DNA of 64,000 nucleotides. It comes from Treponema sp. (lineage in GTDB: Bacteria; Spirochaetota; Spirochaetia; Treponematales; Treponemataceae). Where the stretch lies: the NCBI GenBank assembly GCA_045617385.1, contig JAZLIM010000090.1, positions 2,845-66,844 on the forward strand, given 5' to 3'. Shown here one piece after another: positions 1-8,339 of the stretch (position 1 is the first letter of the stretch; every line of letters begins with the position of its first letter). The translations under genes and the position numbers were made by a program. Under the pieces are notes generated by a model. It was given only the letters and a program-made list of their open reading frames with translations, was not told the DNA's origin and did no database searches.

Positions 1-955
1 ACTCTACTGCAGCAAGTGATTCTTCTGAATCAACAGAATGTAATTCTTCAAGAATTTTTTCAACCTGTTTTTCATAGCCCTTATATTTTTTCTCAAGCTT
101 TTTCAGGTTGTTTTCTTTTGCATCCTTTGCAAGTTCTTCGAATGCAATTTTCAGATTCAGAGCTCTTTCATTCAAGTCATTTTTCTGAACTACAAGTTCC
201 GGAGTAAGCTGAACAGGTTCAGGTTCCGGTTCAGAAACTTCATGAATAACTTCTTCTTCGTATGTTTCAGAAACAAAATGACGTTTTGAACTATCAGCAA
301 ACTTATACAGAACACCTAATCTGAATCCGATTAAATGAACTGAATAACCGTCTTCCGGACTTAACGAATATGTTGGAGTAAATTCAAATTCCAGTCTTTC
401 ATCAAGCAATTTTGGATGAGTAAATCTTAAGCCTGCACCAAGTTGGATAATCTGGTCCACATAAAGGCTTTTTACATATCCGGCGTTTTCACCTGTGGCC
501 TTTGGAAGATTCAATACAAGTCCATAATTGAATTCAGGAACAATAGCAAACATATTGCCCGGAAGAGGAATTCTTGTATATGCACCCGCCGTATAGCGCA
601 TGGTAAAAATTGAAGTAATATGTGTGTCTCTCATAAGGGCTCCGTCAAAAGCACCTCTCAAGCTCACACCAAAGTTTTCCATAAGTCCGCCAACAACAGG
701 AACTCCTGTAAAGAATGGTAAAGGAATTCCAGCTTCAAGTGAAACTCCTCCACCCATTGTTGAATAAGCATATTCAAACAGGTCACCGGCAGCAGGTTCA
801 AAATTAAAGAACCCGCCAACTTTCATATCTTTAATAAATCCAAGATACTTTTCCTGGCTTCCTGTTTCATTCTGCTTTGCATCCAATGTTTCCTGTGCAA
901 AAGCGAATCCAAGAGAAATTGAAATTGTCAGAATTAATGCTAAAATCTTTTTCAT
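1..955 (-). CDS. Outer-membrane beta-barrel protein with Pro/Glu linker and helical/coiled-coil region (OmpA-like layout); 3' end outside window
   Basis: Not in ORF track because it runs off the edge. ATG at 955, GAGG RBS at 961-964, open to base 2. Signal peptide MKKILALILTISISLGFAFA, amphipathic strands (MGGGVSLEAGI, FGVSLRGAF, IIQLGAGLRF, LIGFRLGVLYKF), then EPEPEP linker and a charged helical stretch. Confidence 0.75.
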   Translation of the reverse strand, partial: MKKILALILTISISLGFAFAQETLDAKQNETGSQEKYLGFIKDMKVGGFFNFEPAAGDLFEYAYSTMGGGVSLEAGIPLPFFTGVPVVGGLMENFGVSLRGAFDGALMRDTHITSIFTMRYTAGAYTRIPLPGNMFAIVPEFNYGLVLNLPKATGENAGYVKSLYVDQIIQLGAGLRFTHPKLLDERLEFEFTPTYSLSPEDGYSVHLIGFRLGVLYKFADSSKRHFVSETYEEEVIHEVSEPEPEPVQLTPELVVQKNDLNERALNLKIAFEELAKDAKENNLKKLEKKYKGYEKQVEKILEELHSVDSEESLAAVE

Positions 956-969
956 AAACGCCTCAAAAT

Positions 970-3900
970 CTAGTAACTCATCTGTGATTTCATTGAAGGA
1001 TAGTTGGCCTTTTCCTTATTCCATTGATTTTCATAAGGAGTGAACTCAACTATATATCCGTAAACAGAACCATAATCTGTAGAGTAATCATTCCAGGTAC
1101 CATTATTCATGAAGTGCATACACTGTTCAGACTTACCTTTGTTGCTGTCGTTAGGTTCTCCAGAATTCCAGTTTGTGTATTCTGCCCAGAAATCTGCATG
1201 ATAATTTCCATAGCCATTATCAGCTGGTTCAGTTTTATCTTTTAAAACTAAATCTTTGGCAGCCACATACTTAATACTTGTTGTGCTATAACCAGACTTC
1301 ATTGATGGGGCTTGGGTAAGGGCCAGTTGTTTTTTTGTTGCGTTATAGCTTCCGGCTTTTCCTGTACCAATCTTAACCCATGAACTGTTGTAAAAATCTA
1401 CATCAGAATTTTCAAGAACTGAAGCATTCTCAGTTGTAGTTACGTAATAAGTTTTCTTTGTGAGTGTACCTGAGGAACCATAGCTAGCGCTGAAATATAC
1501 CCCACTTACTACTTCTTTTCCATTAACTTTGCATATACTTCCATCAGTATAGGTAACACCGGCTTCCGGTCCTGACTGCCACTTAAAAGCGGTATCAAGA
1601 GTAACCTTTGAAGGAGCTTCAATTGTAGGTGTATCAAAAACATTTCTTCCATCATAACGGGCACCACCTGTCCAGCACTGTCCAAGCTTCATTCTGTTGA
1701 AGATGTATTCGTTTTCAACTTTAGAAGTAATGTTTATAAGGTAACCGTTCATTCCGTTGAAAACCTGCTGCTTTGCAAGGTTATAAGAATCATGCCAGAA
1801 AATAGTTCCATTATTAGGAAGCTTAATTCCAAGATAGAAACTTCCGTTATAATAGTTGAATTTTGAAGTACCATACTGGCTCTGCATTCTACTTATTTCT
1901 GAATAAGGAACTGATTCAAGATTCAAAGTTATTTCCATCTCTTTATCTGCTGAATCCTTGATAAAATAGATTGACCTTAAGAATTCAGTTGATCTTGCAG
2001 CTGAAATCATATTGTCCTGAGAGAACATATGGAGGTAGATATAGCTATCACTTTTGCTCAGACTTTCTGAATATTTATCAGCTTCGGTCTGACCAAGGTT
2101 TAATGTGGTAAGAGGAGTTCCGTCATCCTTTTTTATGGCTGTTTCTGTAAGCTTGAATTTTCCGTTCTTTACAGAAATTGAGAATACAGAAGATTTTTCG
2201 TTTATCGAAGCTGTTGTTCCAAGCATGAATTCCATTGGAATTGCACCTTCGTTACCGTTCCATACAAAAACCTTAAGTCCGCCTTCATCTTTAATTTCTT
2301 CTTCTGTTGGAAGGTGGATTGGTGAAGGATCTTTCAGATAGATGATAATCTTATCAGTTCCATTTTCAGTGATATTTGAAAAACCAAGACCAAGTTCTTT
2401 TTTAGTATCCTGTTTGATACAGGTAAACTTTGAAGTCTGAGCAAAAGTAGAATTCTGAATGTATGCAACTTTATGAGTCTTTTCATTCCTGTTGAACTCG
2501 TGGCGAGTCTCAAGAGTAATATGATAATCTCCGCTCATCTCCCCTGTGATATTAACCCATTCATTAGTAAGGGAAGGAAGATCAATACCAACATCAACAC
2601 CATTACCAATTACAGTATTTTTACCACTGATATTTACAACAGATGTATTCTGTGCGTCCCAACCAAGACCTGTCAACGATGCAAGTTTTCCACCAAGTAC
2701 ATTATAAGTAAAGTTGGAAGCAGGTTTAGTTCCATCCGCATTTTCTGCCTTCAGACGGTAACCTGTAAAGTCTGTTGAAGACGGATTATATGATCCGCTT
2801 ACCATAAGATCCTCTGCATCAACTGTTCCATTACTGTTGTAGTCAATATAGATATTTGTTTCACCTGTACCATTAATTTCATCACTCCATTTGATGATAA
2901 GTGAATAACCACAGGCAAAAACAGAAGGAGCTACTTTAAAGTTTCCAGGAACTTCAGGATGTTCTTCTACCCATTCGGCCGGCTGAGTAACAGCTACCCC
3001 TTTTTTCCATACAGGCTTAAGTTCAATATTACCCGATGTTCCTTTTGGAATATCAGCATAAACTTTTGAACTGTCAGAAGTATTCTGCCATCCGTCAAGA
3101 ATCAGGCCTCCATCGGCAAGATATTCTACATCTGTATATTTCGGAAGCTGAGCTCCCGATAATGCGGTATAAGAAGAAACAGGAGTATATCCGTCTTTGA
3201 ATTTATACTGTCCGGAAGCATAAGTAACACTATAAGAAACTGCAGAAACTCCGCTGACTGTTACATCTGGCTTTGTTCCGTCTCTAGGAACCGGGATAGT
3301 TAATGTATTGTCAGGCTGAACAGGAGTTGCACCGGAAACTGCAGGTGTTACTGGTGAACCACCGATTGTTACACCGCTGCCGTTTCCTTCAAAACCTTCT
3401 TCGTAACCAACATTAACCTTAAGGTTTCCGCCGGCTGGAACAAGGAAGTCATAGTTTCCTTCTTCATTCTTTTCATGTTTACCGTTAGCCCCAACAGGAA
3501 CAGGAATTCCACCCCCAGTAACAGGTGAATAATGTAATCCCTTATCGCCAGGAAGAGTAACTGTAACGAAATTGACTTCATTCACATTTGAATCGCTTCC
3601 AACTACAAAATCAAGACCTGTATCGATTCTTGATCCGGCCTCCCCTTTATCACCCATATAAATATCGTATTCACCGTCGGCTACAGATCCAGTAAAGTTT
3701 CCGTTTCCATCATCAGTGAGAACGTATTTATTTCCTTCTTTATCTATAAGGATGATTTCTTTTCCAACGAATAAACCTGGAATTCCATCTTTTTTCAGTG
3801 GAAGGCTGACTGTATAAGTGCGGAGTTTACTAATGTAAATCTTGCTTTTTGAAACTGCGCCGCCGGTAATTTCTACAGCTTCAAGTCTTGTAGAAAGTAC

Positions 3901-4584
3901 TTTATTGACGCTATCAAGAATTCTGATATAAACAAATACTTCAGAGCCGCTTGGAAGTCCTTCATAATTCAGAACTGTCTGTTTGAATCCGGCGTGTTCC
4001 GAAGAAGCCTTGAATTCGGTAATTGTCTTTGCCTGATTCTGAGTTGGAGTAAAAGGAGCTTCCAGAGTTGTGAGACAGGTTTCCATTTTTGCAACAGAAG
4101 GATCATATGGGAAATCTACTGTGATTTCAGCCGAACCTGTAAAACCTGTCTGAGGACGCATTACAAAATCTACATGCTTATAACCGGATACCAGATCAAT
4201 TGAACCTGAAGCACCGGCCATAACAGCATTATTGTTTTCGTCATAAGCCTTAATCTGGAAATAGTATACTTTCGGAGAAATTTCAGTTCCGTTATAAAGT
4301 GCACTATAGTTAAGTCTTTCATTGTTGAGTTTACTGAATTCCTGAGCCCCAGATTCTTTGGCATAAAGGTCATAATGGTATGAATTAAAATTGATATCAG
4401 CATAAGCCTTTCTTATTCCAGAAGCTTCTTCAGGAGTAAGACAATTAAAATATACCGTTACCTTTTCCCCGTTAGAATTATTTGAGGCAGGATTTTCTTC
4501 AATCTGTAAATCTGTAAAGTGACAGCCTGAAAGAACTGTAATAAGTCCCAAAAGGCCAGCCAGATATTTATAAAAAGTTTTCAT
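970..4584 (-). CDS. 1204-aa surface lipoprotein adhesin with C-terminal C-type lectin domain
   Basis: Lipobox LSG-C; beta-rich domains; C-terminal CTLD motifs (GYLINITSKVEN, CWTGG, FKWQSGPE, YTNWNSGEPN, C..WND, GYIVEF). Confidence 0.85.
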   Translation of the reverse strand: MKTFYKYLAGLLGLITVLSGCHFTDLQIEENPASNNSNGEKVTVYFNCLTPEEASGIRKAYADINFNSYHYDLYAKESGAQEFSKLNNERLNYSALYNGTEISPKVYYFQIKAYDENNNAVMAGASGSIDLVSGYKHVDFVMRPQTGFTGSAEITVDFPYDPSVAKMETCLTTLEAPFTPTQNQAKTITEFKASSEHAGFKQTVLNYEGLPSGSEVFVYIRILDSVNKVLSTRLEAVEITGGAVSKSKIYISKLRTYTVSLPLKKDGIPGLFVGKEIILIDKEGNKYVLTDDGNGNFTGSVADGEYDIYMGDKGEAGSRIDTGLDFVVGSDSNVNEVNFVTVTLPGDKGLHYSPVTGGGIPVPVGANGKHEKNEEGNYDFLVPAGGNLKVNVGYEEGFEGNGSGVTIGGSPVTPAVSGATPVQPDNTLTIPVPRDGTKPDVTVSGVSAVSYSVTYASGQYKFKDGYTPVSSYTALSGAQLPKYTDVEYLADGGLILDGWQNTSDSSKVYADIPKGTSGNIELKPVWKKGVAVTQPAEWVEEHPEVPGNFKVAPSVFACGYSLIIKWSDEINGTGETNIYIDYNSNGTVDAEDLMVSGSYNPSSTDFTGYRLKAENADGTKPASNFTYNVLGGKLASLTGLGWDAQNTSVVNISGKNTVIGNGVDVGIDLPSLTNEWVNITGEMSGDYHITLETRHEFNRNEKTHKVAYIQNSTFAQTSKFTCIKQDTKKELGLGFSNITENGTDKIIIYLKDPSPIHLPTEEEIKDEGGLKVFVWNGNEGAIPMEFMLGTTASINEKSSVFSISVKNGKFKLTETAIKKDDGTPLTTLNLGQTEADKYSESLSKSDSYIYLHMFSQDNMISAARSTEFLRSIYFIKDSADKEMEITLNLESVPYSEISRMQSQYGTSKFNYYNGSFYLGIKLPNNGTIFWHDSYNLAKQQVFNGMNGYLINITSKVENEYIFNRMKLGQCWTGGARYDGRNVFDTPTIEAPSKVTLDTAFKWQSGPEAGVTYTDGSICKVNGKEVVSGVYFSASYGSSGTLTKKTYYVTTTENASVLENSDVDFYNSSWVKIGTGKAGSYNATKKQLALTQAPSMKSGYSTTSIKYVAAKDLVLKDKTEPADNGYGNYHADFWAEYTNWNSGEPNDSNKGKSEQCMHFMNNGTWNDYSTDYGSVYGYIVEFTPYENQWNKEKANYPSMKSQMSY

Positions 4585-4599
4585 AACTATCCTCCTTAC

Positions 4600-7500
4600 C
4601 TATTTTCCGACAGTTACAACTTCTGTCTTTGTGTAAATCTTACCGTTGCATTTTGCAACAACAGTAATTTCGTAATCTTTCTTAAGGCATCCAGAGAGTT
4701 TAAGAACTTTTCCGTTCTCTTCAAATGTAACTCCGCCAGCGCCATCAACAGCAGGAACATTATTTATATTCCAGGTGTATGTCCAGTCTCCGGAATTGTC
4801 AGGAATTGCAACATTTGCAGCAATTTCAGTTCCGCTTACAGAACATGCCAGTGAAATATCTGATCTGTCAGCTGTAAGACCACCACTGGTCTTTGAATAC
4901 CAGACTGCATAATAGTGAACAGGTACGTCTTCTTTATAAGAAGGAACAACATCAACGCGGTCATTAAGTGTACCGTCAACTTTAGTAGTCCAGCCACGGA
5001 AGATGAAGTGTTCACGAACAGGTTCTCCAGGAGCATCGAAATCAGTTCTGTATTTTCCTGTTCTTGTAACAGTTTCAGAAGATCCGCTTGCTGCATCTAC
5101 TCCTGTCCATTTTGCATTCGTGTCACCGCCGGCATTCAGATGGAAGCTGATTGTATAGTCTTTTCTGAGATATGTAACAATTACTTCTGTTTTGTCATCA
5201 GCTGTAATATTTCCAGCTCCGGCGTTTCCGGTTATACCGCCTGTTGAATTTCTGATTTCAACTGTTGGAGTTGTGAATCCGGTTACTGGTTCATGATAGT
5301 AAACCATTGCTGAACCAATTCTACCTTTCTTTGTTACAGAACCTTCAAGCATCTGGCCGGAGAATCCGTCAATTGCTTTTGGAGCAAGAAGTTTGTATTC
5401 TCCGTTTCCATAATGATCCATGCTTTCAGCCCAGTGAACGACTTTATAAATACCGTTGTTCTGGTTCCAGCGTGCTGCATAAATTGCGTCATCATTAAGG
5501 AAAGTAGCAGGAAGACTTGCTTCAAGATCTGTTTCAGTACGTACATGCCATGCTTTGAATGTGAAGTCTGTTTCGGCACAAGTTCCGTCGTTGATTCCTT
5601 CAATAACCGGTGGCTCTGGAACCTGAACTCTGAATCCGTTTTTATCAACAGATGGAAGAGCAGCTCCAAATTTTCCTTCAAGGAAAATTTCATCGGTTGA
5701 ATTTCCTTTACCATCTGTGAACTTACCGTTGTTTGCCTTGAGGGTAAATGAAACAGTCTTTCTGTCAAAGTAAAGCTTAGCTAAAGTACTTCCGTCTGCT
5801 TTTACAACATTTACATTCTCACCACCTTCTCCGGCTGTAATAGAACGTTTCTTGTCATTGAAAGTAAAGCCCTTTTCTTTTGGAGTTGTATTGAATGCAG
5901 GGAATGAACCAACTTCACCTTTAACAGTGTAACTGGAAGTTTTTTCATACTGTGGATTTTCGGCAGTTGAATCAGTTGTTTCATACCAGAACTCAACAGT
6001 ATATGAAGCAAATACCTGTTCCCATTTTGCTGCGTATTCAACAGAATCTGCCGGGAACTTATGATCATCAACATGCTTGATTGGAGTCTGAGTTGTGTCA
6101 CCTTTTACATACCAACCAAGGAACTTGTAATCTTCTTTAATAGGATCGTTTACATGTTCATGAGGTGCACCGTATTTTCCATTGAGTATTTTTACATCTG
6201 TTGATTTACCGTCGGTCCAGTTACCGCCATTTCCATCAAGAGTGATGGAAATATCTTTACGGGTATAATTAATTGCCTGAGTTCCGTCTTCTGTACCAAC
6301 ATTAATTGTAACAGAAGCAGGATGAGTAAATCCTGGGATTTCAGGAATCTTGATTCTTTCATTTGGAATTGTAACAGCCTTATTTTCTTCAAGTGCAACG
6401 TTATGGAATGAAACTACTTTGTTACCGTCTTTATCAACGAGAGTTTCATTTGGTCCAATATCTTCAAAATTGAAAACAATTCTGTATTCAACATAATTTG
6501 AAGGAATCCAGTAAACATTAAGAACAACAAAAAGATCTGCAGAAGCGGCCTTGGAAGAATCCAGTCCACTGTAAGCCTGTTCTTTTGAAACTGCATAAGA
6601 AATGATTTTTTCTCGTACAGTACGTTCTTTATTGAGTTTATGGATAATATTGTCCAGGTTGTCTTCTGAAGTTCCGTTTCCAAACCACCAGCCATCACAT
6701 TTCTTTCCGTCAATTGTAAGAACCGAAGAAACCTCAGCCTTTGGAGGAAGAGTAATGTCTTCGCTTTCAATTGTGAATGTTCTTTCAGGTGTATAGCTGT
6801 TTGTCCAGTGAATAAGCTGTCCCTGGCTCTTATAAACAATTCCGTATACAAGAGTCTTAAGGCCTTCAATCTTTATTCCGTCTGAAAGATTATCAGTCTT
6901 AGTATTGAGAGTTATTTTTTCACCATTAGAAACAGGTTTTCCGCCAACATTTATTGTACCACCGGAAGCAGGACCGTATCCTGTTTCAAAATCAACCTGA
7001 ACTGTAAAGTCCTGAGCTGCAGGTACAAGGAGGCTTCCGTTTCCGGAACCATCGCCAACAGTTCCCTGTGTAATTAAAACGCCGTCTGTTGGAGTAAGTT
7101 TTACACCTTTCTGTGGAACAGAAACAGTAACAAGTTCTACAGTATTGGCTGAACCAGAACCGATTCCAATTCCACCGTTACCTTTAATGGTTCCTGTGTT
7201 TGCATCATATTCAGCACCGGTCTTAATAAAACCAGAACCTTCCATTCCGGCAAAGATTTCAAAAATACCGTCTGTAGTTTGTGAAGAACCAATACCAGAA
7301 GAAGCTCCAGGTAAAAGACCTTCGTATTCACCTGTAGTTTTTCCGTGTTCATCAAGAACGGCTTTAAGAATATATTCGTGACCGTTCTTATCTTTAAGCT
7401 TAATTACAAGGTCAGGATTATTAGCCCAGAGAACACCATCTTTATAAACCGGAATAGTAACCGGTCTTCTATAATAGTGGTCAGAAGAAATGTAGATTAC

Positions 7501-8325
7501 TGTGCTTGAAGTCTTTGCTCCAAGCATGTAAACGCTTTCTGAACTTTCATAAACGAGGATTCCATTTGCGTCATAAAACTTGTAATCCAGCCAGCGAGGA
7601 ACATTGGTTTTAACGTCATCGTATGTAAGTCCGATACGTTTGATTGTATTTCCGTATTCAGCCTTACGTGGATCATCATCCTGGAAAGGATTTGCAATTA
7701 CAGAGAAAACGAATTCCTGGAATCTGTATTTTGGAACAAGGATTTCATCTTCAGTCATGAATTCAGCATGACCTCTTTCGGGTGAAATACCAGCCTTCAT
7801 TTTTGTGATTACACCATCGTCAGGAACAATGAAATCAATTCTGAGTTTCTGACCGTATTCATCACCTGCAGGCACAAGAACAATTTTTACAGTCTGACTT
7901 GGTTTTTCACTCAAAGTAATGATTGTAGAACCTTCCATTCTTGGAGTTGCACCGTCTTTAGCTGTAAGAGAAAATTTGTATTTCTTTCCTGTTGCAAGTC
8001 TTACATTTGATTCATTAAGGAATTTGTCGTAGCTGAAATCATGACAGATTATTTTTTCAGTTCCAGCGTCGTCTTCATTTTCATCTGCATAAGTCAGAGT
8101 ATAATTATAAAGATAAAGGTATTTCTTTAAATTATGTTCGTCTGTATTAGGCAGAGCTGTACGTTCCTGAGAATCTTCTGAAATTGAGAAACTTACATCT
8201 GCAAATCCGGAAGGTGTATATTCTTCAGGATTCATCAAATTCATGTCTGAGCAGGAATTAAGAAAAACTCCTGCAGAAACTAACATAAAAAACAATGCAG
8301 CAATTCTATAAAGTTTTCTAGTCAT
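4600..8325 (-). CDS. 1241-aa surface lipoprotein with InlB-B/Flg_new (Listeria-Bacteroides) repeats alternating with MucBP-like domains; C-terminal Ig-like domain
   Basis: Lipobox LNS-C; repeats such as ITLDGNGG..GKYGAP..P.KEDYKFLGWY..YAAKW and YTVEFWYE..GFTF..ADGSTLAKLYFDRK. Confidence 0.85.
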   Translation of the reverse strand: MTRKLYRIAALFFMLVSAGVFLNSCSDMNLMNPEEYTPSGFADVSFSISEDSQERTALPNTDEHNLKKYLYLYNYTLTYADENEDDAGTEKIICHDFSYDKFLNESNVRLATGKKYKFSLTAKDGATPRMEGSTIITLSEKPSQTVKIVLVPAGDEYGQKLRIDFIVPDDGVITKMKAGISPERGHAEFMTEDEILVPKYRFQEFVFSVIANPFQDDDPRKAEYGNTIKRIGLTYDDVKTNVPRWLDYKFYDANGILVYESSESVYMLGAKTSSTVIYISSDHYYRRPVTIPVYKDGVLWANNPDLVIKLKDKNGHEYILKAVLDEHGKTTGEYEGLLPGASSGIGSSQTTDGIFEIFAGMEGSGFIKTGAEYDANTGTIKGNGGIGIGSGSANTVELVTVSVPQKGVKLTPTDGVLITQGTVGDGSGNGSLLVPAAQDFTVQVDFETGYGPASGGTINVGGKPVSNGEKITLNTKTDNLSDGIKIEGLKTLVYGIVYKSQGQLIHWTNSYTPERTFTIESEDITLPPKAEVSSVLTIDGKKCDGWWFGNGTSEDNLDNIIHKLNKERTVREKIISYAVSKEQAYSGLDSSKAASADLFVVLNVYWIPSNYVEYRIVFNFEDIGPNETLVDKDGNKVVSFHNVALEENKAVTIPNERIKIPEIPGFTHPASVTINVGTEDGTQAINYTRKDISITLDGNGGNWTDGKSTDVKILNGKYGAPHEHVNDPIKEDYKFLGWYVKGDTTQTPIKHVDDHKFPADSVEYAAKWEQVFASYTVEFWYETTDSTAENPQYEKTSSYTVKGEVGSFPAFNTTPKEKGFTFNDKKRSITAGEGGENVNVVKADGSTLAKLYFDRKTVSFTLKANNGKFTDGKGNSTDEIFLEGKFGAALPSVDKNGFRVQVPEPPVIEGINDGTCAETDFTFKAWHVRTETDLEASLPATFLNDDAIYAARWNQNNGIYKVVHWAESMDHYGNGEYKLLAPKAIDGFSGQMLEGSVTKKGRIGSAMVYYHEPVTGFTTPTVEIRNSTGGITGNAGAGNITADDKTEVIVTYLRKDYTISFHLNAGGDTNAKWTGVDAASGSSETVTRTGKYRTDFDAPGEPVREHFIFRGWTTKVDGTLNDRVDVVPSYKEDVPVHYYAVWYSKTSGGLTADRSDISLACSVSGTEIAANVAIPDNSGDWTYTWNINNVPAVDGAGGVTFEENGKVLKLSGCLKKDYEITVVAKCNGKIYTKTEVVTVGK

Positions 8326-8339
8326 TTTTCTTTCCTCCC

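Noticed and set aside
970-1860. C-terminal lectin as a diversity-generating retroelement target
   Set aside because: No reverse transcriptase and no template/variable repeat pair seen in the window. The domain is an EPN-type CTLD rather than the FGE-type fold of Treponema TvpA.
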